This document shows, piece by piece, positions 1-7,123 of a DNA stretch of 12,267 bases. The notes below the pieces were generated by a model. That model saw nothing but the letters and a program-made list of their open reading frames with translations, had not been told where the DNA came from and did no database searches. This DNA is from Candidatus Scalinduaceae bacterium (GTDB taxonomy: Bacteria > Planctomycetota > Brocadiia > Brocadiales > Scalinduaceae). The translations under genes were made by a program, and so were the position numbers. The stretch covers positions 1-12,267 of the forward strand of contig JBHICG010000089.1 in assembly GCA_046759445.1 (NCBI GenBank), read 5' to 3'. Position 1 is the first letter of the stretch; every line of letters starts with the position of its first letter.

Positions 1-400
1 CACCCTTTCGGGCATTGCGAAAGATTCTCGACTGCAGCCTTCCGTAGAAGTCTGGGCAGTGTCTAAGTCCCAGTGTGGCCGGCCACCTTCTAAGGCCGGC
101 TACCCGTCTTCGCCTTGGTAGGCCGTTACCCCACCAACAAGCTGATAGGACATAAACCCCTCTATAGGCAAAAGATATTATACATACCTTCCTTTGACAA
201 AAAAGATTTTCTCTTCTTTGTGTCATTAAGTATTAGCTTCGTTTTCACAAAGTTATTCTTATCCTATAGGCAGGTCGTCTATGCATTACTCACCCTTTCG
301 CCACTCGACTTATATCCCGAAGAATATATCCTCGTTCGACTTGCATGCCTAATCCACGCCGCCAGCGTTCGTTCTGAGCCAAGATCAAACCCTTCAAAGA
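1..400 (-). rRNA. rrs: 16S rRNA, 5' portion (continues beyond left edge); anammox-type Planctomycetota (Ca. Brocadiia)
   Basis: Minus strand reads GAAGGGTTTGATCTTGGCTCAGAACGAACGCTGGCGGCGTGGATTAGGCATGCAAGTC. The 27F-type site is at 374..393, Pla46 probe sequence GACTTGCATGCCTAATCC at 338..355, and Amx368 probe sequence CCTTTCGGGCATTGCGAA at 4..21. The 5' end is approximate. Confidence 0.99.
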
Positions 401-517
401 AGTTTTTGAGACTCAACATTTAATAAAAAAAACTTACTTACCTTCATAATTCCTCTTCACAAGGCTAATTATTAAGGCAACTTAACTATTATACACCCTT
501 CGCTTTTATGTTGTTAA

Positions 518-530
518 TTTTCAAAGAACT
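518..530 (-). promoter_or_regulatory. boxA-like antitermination element of rrn leader
   Basis: Minus strand AGTTCTTTGAAAA lies between the rrn promoter and the 16S gene and resembles boxA (TGCTCTTTAACA). Confidence 0.55.
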
Positions 531-556
531 TATATCTTTCAACACTGTCATATAAT

Positions 557-584
557 AGTATAAACTAATTTAAAAAATTGTCAA
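557..584 (-). promoter_or_regulatory. sigma70-type rRNA operon promoter
   Basis: Minus strand TTGACA (584..579), 16-bp spacer, TATACT (562..557), with AT-rich upstream DNA. A 16-bp spacer is typical of rrn promoters. Confidence 0.8.
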
Positions 585-935
585 TAGAAATTAAAAGAAT
601 ACGTTTCAAACTGATACACAATATATCTTAAGTCTAACCGTTTTAGTGAAATATTTTTAAAATTAGTACATATAGGACTATACTTTAGTGAAGAAACACA
701 AGATACTGATAAACATTACTAGAATAAACATATCTATCAATTTTTTATCTTTTCATAACACACCTAATGACATGAAGTTACATTATTGTGAGACGAATAT
801 GCATCTAAACACTGTTATTTTCTCTGTACACATATTCATCAAAAAAGGCAGTAAATATGCTAAAAAGAGGTTATTGTTAGCAGTCTCAAAATTCGACCCA
901 TATACTATTGTATCTCTAATTGCCTATAAATAAGC

Positions 936-985
936 ATGGGCGATACTGGACTTGAACCAGTGACCCCTTGCTTGTCGAGCAAGTG
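936..985. repeat. att core, left copy (duplicated 3' part of tRNA-Val)
   Basis: ATGGGCGATACTGGACTTGAACCAGTGACCCCTTGCTTGTCGAGCAAGTG is identical to 12193..12242; flanking bases differ on both sides. Confidence 0.98.
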
Positions 986-1041
986 AAATAAGGTTGATAG
1001 TTTTTCGGTTTAGTTATAAGTGTTTTGGTTTGTTGAGGTTT

Positions 1042-1088
1042 AAGGCCAGAATGGGGAGTTTGATTTACTCCCTGTTTTGGTCTTTTTT
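1042..1088 (+). terminator. Intrinsic terminator-like hairpin
   Basis: AAGGCCAGAATGGGGAGT-ttgattt-ACTCCCTGTTTTGGTCTT forms an 18-bp stem. All four non-Watson-Crick positions are G-U on the + strand, and a T run follows. Confidence 0.7.
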
Positions 1089-1095
1089 GATGTGC

Positions 1096-1117
1096 TTACT
1101 TGACAATTACTTGACAG
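1096..1117 (+). repeat. Putative integrase arm-type binding sites (2 x 11-bp TTACTTGACAR)
   Basis: ACTTGACAATTACTTGACA (1098..1116) is identical to 12123..12141 at the other end of the element. Confidence 0.75.
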
Positions 1118-1187
1118 TAAGGATTAAAAAAAGTGAAGGTTTCTGGTGCTGATAAGAAAAACATTAATGATGAAACGTGTTATCAAA

Positions 1188-1585
1188 TCATTTAGCAGAG
1201 TTTTTTCTTGTCGATAGGTTAGGCATGACTTCGAAGATATTAATTAAAATTGATAATCCCAATACTCTCCAAGTTAATTCAACTTCAAGTGCAGGAGTAT
1301 GTACCATTTCAATGTGTCCTAAAAGAACGTGACCGTATTCATGAAAACTTACAAAATATGATGATCCCAGCATTGCTTGTGTAAATTCAGGTACTAACTC
1401 CGGATGTTTTTCCAAAAACCTATATGATGGTATTATTGGAGTACCGGATACCTTACCTTGCAAACCTAAAAAGCCCATCCTGCAAGCTGAAATAAACTCT
1501 GGTTTAGTCACATTTTCTTGAAGGATATCATCATTTGGGCTTATGATATCACCATCAATTTTATTGGGAGTAAGTACAGATTTTG
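1188..1585 (-). pseudogene. Fragment of HExxH zinc-metallopeptidase-like gene
   Basis: The frame encodes ...SSYFVSFHEYGHVLLGHIE..., an HExxH motif plus a downstream GH. The 5' part of the called ORF (1586..1715) overlaps the unrelated repeat mosaic, so the real 5' end appears lost. Boundaries are approximate. Confidence 0.5.
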
Positions 1586-1754
1586 ATAAGCGTAGACTTG
1601 GTGAAATGTTGAAAGAGAGGAAGAAGGCAGGGGTATTACAAATTGGTGGAGATAGGCAAAGCAAAAAAGCATTGTCACAGAAAGTGACAATGCTTTCTCT
1701 TGACAAAATAGGCATAGATAGAAATCTGTCCAGTCGTTCACAAAAACATTTTAC

Positions 1755-1783
1755 TTGACATTCATAAGCGGTTATGATATGAT
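1755..1783 (+). promoter_or_regulatory. Near-consensus sigma70 promoter with extended -10
   Basis: TTGACA (1755..1760), 17-bp spacer, TATGAT (1778..1783), with TG at 1775..1776. Confidence 0.75.
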
Positions 1784-1789
1784 GGTTAT

Positions 1790-1969
1790 ATGAAATATGA
1801 TATTGACTACAACATACCAGATGATAAAGCCCTTGAAGAGTGTTTTACGAATGCCGATAAATTAAGGCAGTATTTACCTAATGCACCAATAGAAGGGCTT
1901 ACTGAAAGTGAATTAGATTCTATTCTGCAAAAAATCATGGTTACAGAAAGTAACTTTGATTTTTCTTAA
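1790..1969 (+). CDS. 59-aa acidic hypothetical protein, probably leaderless (not in the ORF track)
   Basis: MKYDIDYNIPDDKALEECFTNADKLRQYLPNAPIEGLTESELDSILQKIMVTESNFDFS*. The ATG is 7 nt after the -10 box and there is no Shine-Dalgarno. Confidence 0.6.
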   Translation: MKYDIDYNIPDDKALEECFTNADKLRQYLPNAPIEGLTESELDSILQKIMVTESNFDFS

Positions 1970-2340
1970 TAAAATAGGCATAGATAAAGAGCGCAGACTT
2001 GGTGAAATGTTGAAAGAACAGAAGAAGAATGTGGGTGGCAGGCCGGAGAAAACCGGTTCCACAAAGGGACCGGTTAAATCACAACCTGGCGGAGATAGGC
2101 AAAGCAAAAAAGCATTGTTCCTTTCCGGAACTTTGATTTTTCTTGATGAAATAGGCATAGATAAAAATCATTATCGTTGAACACGAACATGATTTCGCAC
2201 ACAAGAAAAGAATAAAGGGCAGCTTTTCCGTGGTACTAAAAAAGAACCACGGAAGAATACACCTACATTATAAAAGAATGTTCATATGGTGCAGGGTACG
2301 AATATACAAAAGGTGAATGGAGATGGAAATATAACAAAAA

Positions 2341-2490
2341 ATGAAATGTCCAAACTGCAAAAAAGAAATAAGCGATAAAATTATTGCTAAACACTTGGCA
2401 TCAAAAGGCGGAACAATATCAAAAAGAGAAATCACCACACGACAACAAAAGGATATGCAGGCTGGCAGGTTAAAGAAAAAGAAGAAATAA
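2341..2490 (+). CDS. 49-aa basic protein with CxxC motif (not in the ORF track)
   Basis: MKCPNCKKEISDKIIAKHLASKGGTISKREITTRQQKDMQAGRLKKKKK*. The start overlaps (ATGA) the stop of an upstream start-less fragment ending ...GEWRWKYNKK*. Confidence 0.55.
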   Translation: MKCPNCKKEISDKIIAKHLASKGGTISKREITTRQQKDMQAGRLKKKKK

Positions 2491-2562
2491 TTACGTGCAA
2501 GCAAGCACATAACAGATGGTGACTTTTATTTTAATTTTATTTTTATTTTTTTAAAGAAAGGA

Positions 2563-2859
2563 ATGAAAATGAATACGAAATGGAAAGAAATTTGGAAGAG
2601 CGATAGTTACAAAGCGGAAATCTACGATAATTGTTCCACGAGGGTATATACCCATACGGGAAAAAACATGGTCAAGATCGAGGCAGATGGAACATATTGG
2701 AGTGGGAATACTGGAGGATTTAAGACGTACAAATATTTTCTCAAAGATGATAATTCTATTCAATCTATCCTGGGTGTAATCCAGGAATACGATGAAGACG
2801 AAGCCTCCAGCGATGACGTGCAAAAAATGATTGAAACATATACAACAGCACACTATTAA
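2563..2859 (+). CDS. Hypothetical protein (98 aa)
   Basis: Purine-rich AAGGA RBS, natural composition, co-oriented with neighbours. The start may be the second ATG (2569). Confidence 0.7.
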   Translation: MKMNTKWKEIWKSDSYKAEIYDNCSTRVYTHTGKNMVKIEADGTYWSGNTGGFKTYKYFLKDDNSIQSILGVIQEYDEDEASSDDVQKMIETYTTAHY

Positions 2860-2873
2860 AGAAATGGAGAAAA

Positions 2874-3038
2874 ATGAAATACGCAATAACGTTTAGGCAA
2901 GACGGACTAGAGCGGCCAAATTTTGAGTTTGAAAGTCAGATTGAATGCGCAAAAGCGTGGTTTCGTAGACATGCTGGCAATGTTTCTTGCAATTACTTAG
3001 GAGAAATTTATAATTTAATTCAGACAGATCGGGGCTAG
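2874..3038 (+). CDS. 54-aa hypothetical protein (not in the ORF track)
   Basis: GGAG RBS at 2866, 14 nt after the previous stop. MKYAITFRQDGLERPNFEFESQIECAKAWFRRHAGNVSCNYLGEIYNLIQTDRG*. Confidence 0.55.
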   Translation: MKYAITFRQDGLERPNFEFESQIECAKAWFRRHAGNVSCNYLGEIYNLIQTDRG

Positions 3039-3117
3039 CCTGTGCACGGTGAACACTGGCGTTCTTCACCAGTTGCCCCGATTTCTTACCTTTGAAGAGT
3101 TGTAGGAGAGCAACGTC

Positions 3118-3375
3118 ATGGCTAAGAAGAAACAAAATAAAACGGAAGTAAGCAAAGATGATTTAGTAAAGGTAGCTGTAAAAGAAGCAATTGACAGTTT
3201 GTTGCTACCAGATTTATTTAAATGGAAAGTTGCATTTTTATATTCCAACGAAAGGCTAACTCCAATATACAAGAAAGATGTATTATTCAAAATTGCTTCC
3301 AGCCTTAAATTGGCAACTGATAAAAACACGAAAATTTCTCCCTATTCTGTCACTTGGCTTTTTTTATTGAAATAA
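3118..3375 (+). CDS. Hypothetical protein (85 aa), possibly a fragment of an McrB-like protein N-terminal domain
   Basis: AGGAG RBS upstream. The segment IDSLLLPDLFKWKVAFLYSNERLTPIYK is recalled as similar to N-terminal regions of some McrB-family proteins; this is not verified. Confidence 0.5.
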   Translation: MAKKKQNKTEVSKDDLVKVAVKEAIDSLLLPDLFKWKVAFLYSNERLTPIYKKDVLFKIASSLKLATDKNTKISPYSVTWLFLLK

Positions 3376-3401
3376 ATAATTTTAAAAAAGGAGTGAGTAT
3401 C

Positions 3402-4262
3402 ATGATAAAGAAAAGTATTAATAATTTTGATTTTGTGAAAGCGGGTGCGAAAGAAGCTCTCGAAGGAGGAAAATTCTTATGTATTACAGGGGATTATGAG
3501 AGGTGTAAGAAAGCGTTGTATTTAAGTTATTGGGAGTTCAAGAGAATACGAGATGAAAAAAGGTATAAATGGGATGGTGATAATATATTAATTAAAGGTA
3601 CTGACCCCCGTGTTAAACGCCCGCACAAGAAAGAGATTTTTATGCAAATTTACCCACCAGATGCTATTTGCCTTGATGGTGGACATATAGACATGGCGGG
3701 CTGTGATGCTGCCGATTTTGACAAAGAGGTTTTGGGCAATTGTAAGACATTCAATCTTTCTGGAGTAGTCTTTGAAAAGTTGCAGGAAGTCGGAAGTCCT
3801 TTAGCTGCGTTACAGTCCAAAAGCAGAGTGGTGGTTATAGATAATATCAATCTAGATACCGAAGGTATGGTAGGAGTAATGAAAAAACTAAGAAGTGTAT
3901 TATCGGCAATCAAGAAATTATGTCAGGATGAACACGGGATGCTTATTTTAACTTTAGAAGAAGATTTAAAAAAATTACCTAGTGGACTTACGGATTTGTT
4001 CAAAACAATTGATCTTAATGATAAGACTAAAAGAAAAAAAAGAATTGCTGATGAGGATTTTATTCGCCTCACTACAAGAACTAAAAAATCTTTGAAAGAT
4101 CAATCACCATATGACTTTGATATGAATAAATTGTTTGCAGAAGTATCAAGAAAAAGTAAGGAATGTGATCCTAAGAAGAAAGGATTAACTCCGTCTACTG
4201 TAAATACAAAATATTATAATCTTTGTTATACAAAAAAAAGAATTGGTTTAAATAAAAATTAA
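3402..4262 (+). CDS. Hypothetical protein (286 aa) with possible degenerate AAA+-like fold and basic C-terminal domain
   Basis: AAGGAG RBS precedes ATG 3402. LCITGDYERCKKAL occupies a Walker-A-like position without GKT/S. VVVIDNIN is Walker-B-like. The C-terminus is Lys-rich and helical. Confidence 0.75.
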   Translation: MIKKSINNFDFVKAGAKEALEGGKFLCITGDYERCKKALYLSYWEFKRIRDEKRYKWDGDNILIKGTDPRVKRPHKKEIFMQIYPPDAICLDGGHIDMAGCDAADFDKEVLGNCKTFNLSGVVFEKLQEVGSPLAALQSKSRVVVIDNINLDTEGMVGVMKKLRSVLSAIKKLCQDEHGMLILTLEEDLKKLPSGLTDLFKTIDLNDKTKRKKRIADEDFIRLTTRTKKSLKDQSPYDFDMNKLFAEVSRKSKECDPKKKGLTPSTVNTKYYNLCYTKKRIGLNKN

Positions 4263-4377
4263 CAAAATAATTTGTATGGCGTAGGAGGTATAATATCAGT
4301 ATGTTGAGAGTTGTTTTAAGTTAAAATCAACTTCAATCAACAAATTATTTCTTTATTTGTATAAATAAAAATTCTTT

Positions 4378-4422
4378 AATAGGCTGTGTGAGTCGAAAAG
4401 ATTTACACAGCCTATTTTTTTT
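4378..4422 (+). terminator. Terminator-like hairpin upstream of the RHH/replication genes
   Basis: AATAGGCTGTGT-GAGTC-gaaaa-GATTT-ACACAGCCTATT: 12 perfect pairs plus 5 more including G-U, followed by a T run. Confidence 0.7.
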
Positions 4423-4444
4423 CACTTTAAAGTGGAGGTTGCAA

Positions 4445-4630
4445 ATGAAAGATTTGAAGCAGAGCTGCAATGTATTTTTAGACGGTAAGCAGTATCGTGC
4501 GATAAAGGAGCTTGGTCACAGGCAGGACAAACCGTATTCGCATTTGGTTAGGGAGGGTGTAAGTTTAGTCCTTGATAAGTACTCACATAATTCACAAACA
4601 ATAAAAAATGACACAGGTGATAACCGATAA
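4445..4630 (+). CDS. Ribbon-helix-helix DNA-binding protein (61 aa)
   Basis: GGAGG RBS at 4434. The pattern SCNVFLDGKQYRAIKELGHRQDKPYSHLVREGVSLVLDKY fits the RHH beta-alpha-alpha arrangement. Confidence 0.8.
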   Translation: MKDLKQSCNVFLDGKQYRAIKELGHRQDKPYSHLVREGVSLVLDKYSHNSQTIKNDTGDNR

Positions 4631-4781
4631 ACCATCTAAAAATGCAGTTTTAAATCAGATTGATTTCGGTTCGTTTTATAAAAACTATGTGCCTTCTCTA
4701 ACAATAGGTAGCAATAAACAGGCTAAAGGGTGTTGCCCTTTTCGCAATCGACACTTTATTCGTGGGCGAGAAAAAAAGTGA
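4608..4781 (+). pseudogene. Truncated CHC2 zinc-finger (DnaG-type primase N-terminus), 57 aa (not in the ORF track)
   Basis: MTQVITDKPSKNAVLNQIDFGSFYKNYVPSLTIGSNKQAKGCCPF resembles the start of zf-CHC2 up to CPF(H), then diverges and stops. The stop overlaps the primase ATG (TGATG). Confidence 0.65.
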
Positions 4782-6898
4782 TGACGAATATTGAAGAATG
4801 GATAGAGAAATATCGGGAAAAAGGGTTTTCTATAATCCCGCTTATACCAAATGGGAAAATCCCAGCTATTAAGTCATGGCGTCAATATCAAGATAGATTC
4901 GCAACAGATAAAGAAATAGTGAAATGGTTTGGAAATGGTTCTAAATTTAACGTAGGGGTTGTTACTGGTAAATTATCTGGGATCGATGTTTTAGACCTAG
5001 ACTCTGAGCAAGCGGTGCAATACGCACAAGAGCATAATATTATACGTGAGACGCCATCAGTCAAAACAGGCAAAGGTTTTCATTATTGGTATAAGCATAA
5101 GGAAGGTGTGCGGAATTTTCAAAAAAAAGATAGCTTGCCAGATATTGATTTACGTGGTGAGGGAGGATATATAGTTGCACCACCCAGTATCCATCCATCT
5201 GGGCAACAGTATCAATGGTTGCAAGGGAAAGGACTTGATGACATTCCTTGTGCTGAACTTCCAGAAATTGTCCTAGCCAAAAACTCACAAGACAAGAAAC
5301 AATTACGAGAAATTTATAAAGGTGTACAAGAAGGAAATCGAAATGATTCTTTAGCTAGACTCGTTGGTTCGTGGGTTAATAATGGCCTTACCTTTGATGA
5401 ATGTTTGGAAAATGCAAGGCTATGGAACGCAAAAAATCATCCGCCATTACGTGAAAAGGAAATTATTCAGGTTATCAAGAGTATTAGAACTATACATGAA
5501 AATACAAATCCAGAGAGGCCGATTTTTAATTATACCGACCTTGGCAATGCGCAACGGTTTGTTGCTCATTTTGGCGGTGTAATTCGCTTTTCCCACACTT
5601 TAAGAAAATGGTTGATCTGGAATCAGGAGCAGGGATTCTGGGAGTTTGATACGAACGGCAAAATTAATCGACTTGCAAAAAAAACTATTAAAAAAATTTA
5701 TAATGAATCTTCTCGGATTGATGATGAAGGGACCAGAACGGCTCTTGCGAAATGGGCAATTAAATCGGAATCAATTCACTACCTAAACGCTATGGTGAAA
5801 CTTGCAGAAAGTGAGGAGGGTGTGCCGATTTCACCTGATGAACTTGATACCAACCTGTGGATCTTGAATTGTCTGAACGGCACGATTGATTTGAAAACAG
5901 GCCAACTAAGAAAGCATAACAAGAATGATTATATTACAAAAGTGATACCCGTAGAATATGACATCCATGCGGATTGTCCGAAGTGGATTGAGTTTCTAGA
6001 GAAAATCATGGATGGAAACGACGTGTTAATTGCATTCTTGAAACGTGCAATAGGTTACAGTTTGACTGGTAACACATCGGAGCAATGCTTATTCATGATG
6101 CATGGGGTTGGTGCAAATGGCAAGTCTACTCTTATATCTACCATTAATACTCTTTTGAGCTGCTACGGGCAGATAAGTAGTTTTGAGACCTTCTTACTAA
6201 AACGCAATAACACCATCACTAATGATATTGCAAAGTTGCGTGGTGCAAGATTCGTTTCAGCCATAGAAGCGGAAGGTGAAAGACGGCTGGCAGAAGTCCT
6301 TGTAAAACAACTTACAGGGGGTGACATGGTGTCCGCACGATTCTTATTTTCTGAATTTTTTGAATTTATACCACAATTCAAACTTTGGCTTGCTTGTAAC
6401 CACAAGCCCACAATACATGGTACGGATCACGCCATTTGGAGACGTATTCGACTTATACCTTTTACCGTGCAAATACCAGAATCTGAACAAGACAAGGAAC
6501 TTGGTGAAAAATTAAGAGAAGAACTGCCCGGAATTCTTACGTGGGCAGTACAGGGGTGCCTGGAATGGCAGCACAATGGGCTTGACATACCAGAAGAGGT
6601 GCTAAATGCAACTAGCGAATATCGTCAAGAAATGGACGACATAGGAATATTTTTATCCGATTGTTGTGAATTGGGACCCGGATTCAAGGAAACACCAGCA
6701 AAATTATATGAATATTATAAAATTTGGTGTGAAAAAGCAGGAGAATATCCATTAAAACAACGTGCTTTCGGGTTAAGATTATCAGAAAGAAATGTCGAAT
6801 CGGTTTCAATAAATAGCGTGCGCTATCGGAATAATATTAAGCTAAAATCCAGCACGCTTGTGTGGAAAAAACGAGTTTCAGCACGCTTGAAATGTTAA
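4781..6898 (+). CDS. Primase-helicase: bifunctional Prim-Pol + PriCT-1 + D5_N + P4-family SF3 helicase (705 aa)
   Basis: Prim-Pol motifs FSIIPL..GKIP, NVGVVTG, VLDLD, KTGKGFHYWY and DLRGEGGYIVAPPS; PriCT EGNRNDSL; D5_N TDLGNAQRF; Walker A GVGANGKST; motif C LACNHKP; AIWRR. ATG 4781 is preferred over TTG 4730. Confidence 0.95.
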   Translation: MTNIEEWIEKYREKGFSIIPLIPNGKIPAIKSWRQYQDRFATDKEIVKWFGNGSKFNVGVVTGKLSGIDVLDLDSEQAVQYAQEHNIIRETPSVKTGKGFHYWYKHKEGVRNFQKKDSLPDIDLRGEGGYIVAPPSIHPSGQQYQWLQGKGLDDIPCAELPEIVLAKNSQDKKQLREIYKGVQEGNRNDSLARLVGSWVNNGLTFDECLENARLWNAKNHPPLREKEIIQVIKSIRTIHENTNPERPIFNYTDLGNAQRFVAHFGGVIRFSHTLRKWLIWNQEQGFWEFDTNGKINRLAKKTIKKIYNESSRIDDEGTRTALAKWAIKSESIHYLNAMVKLAESEEGVPISPDELDTNLWILNCLNGTIDLKTGQLRKHNKNDYITKVIPVEYDIHADCPKWIEFLEKIMDGNDVLIAFLKRAIGYSLTGNTSEQCLFMMHGVGANGKSTLISTINTLLSCYGQISSFETFLLKRNNTITNDIAKLRGARFVSAIEAEGERRLAEVLVKQLTGGDMVSARFLFSEFFEFIPQFKLWLACNHKPTIHGTDHAIWRRIRLIPFTVQIPESEQDKELGEKLREELPGILTWAVQGCLEWQHNGLDIPEEVLNATSEYRQEMDDIGIFLSDCCELGPGFKETPAKLYEYYKIWCEKAGEYPLKQRAFGLRLSERNVESVSINSVRYRNNIKLKSSTLVWKKRVSARLKC

Positions 6899-7099
6899 AT
6901 CCGAAAAGTATTTAAAATCATGATAATAAAAAAGTTTACGGAACAAGCGTTTTATCCGTGCTATTCGTTAAAAAAAGCGAATTTCAGCACGCTTAAGCAC
7001 GTTTAGCACGCTTGTGACGTATAGTCTGCAAAGTTCTTAAGCATATCTCTCATGTAGGAACTTTAGAGACTTAACGAGCTATCCGTGCTAAGTGTGCTG
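6851..7099. repeat. Putative replication origin (AGCACG iterons in both orientations)
   Basis: AGCACG at 6851, 6880, 6986, 6996 and 7005. Inverted CGTGCT at 6957 and 7084, plus TGTGCT at 7093. Imperfect inverted repeat at 7023..7039 / 7055..7071. Lies immediately at and after the helicase 3' end. Confidence 0.75.
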
Positions 7100-7123
7100 A
7101 TAAGGAAATTATGCAGAAAAAAA

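Larger units (their letters stand above)
1585..2272 (+). repeat. Mosaic of duplicated gene fragments (RRLGEMLKE / GGDRQSK / LDKIGID) with five 15-bp GT-N11-AC palindromic cores
   Basis: 23-bp repeat at 1594..1616 = 1995..2017. 28-bp repeat at 1648..1675 = 2091..2118. AAATAGGCATAGATA at 1706, 1972 and 2149. Palindromic cores start at 1674, 1940, 2056, 2117 and 2233. Confidence 0.85.

Noticed and set aside
115..423. 102-aa + strand ORF
   Set aside because: It is the antisense shadow of the 16S rRNA gene.
688..933. 81-aa + strand ORF
   Set aside because: AT-rich host spacer with no RBS and no recognisable motif; likely spurious.
936..985. Second tRNA-Val gene
   Set aside because: Lacks the 5' acceptor strand and D arm; it is the att duplication.
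1098..1116. TTGACA copies as -35 promoter boxes
   Set aside because: No convincing, correctly spaced -10 box; repetition at both element ends fits arm-type sites better.
1543..2180. ORFs 1543..1758 and 1956..2180 as intact genes, and their antisense ORFs
   Set aside because: They are patchworks of repeated fragments without good RBSs; treated as remnants.
1585..2272. CRISPR array or integron attC array
   Set aside because: Repeats are not identical or evenly spaced, no cas genes are present, there is no RYYYAAC/GTTRRRY box pairing, and the integrase is phage-type.
2268..3913. Minus-strand ORFs 2268..2510, 2551..2886, 2893..3135, 3066..3329 and 3650..3913
   Set aside because: Antisense shadows of better-supported + strand genes.
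4888..6515. Short ORFs nested in the primase-helicase
   Set aside because: Alternate-frame or antisense shadows of a strongly conserved gene.
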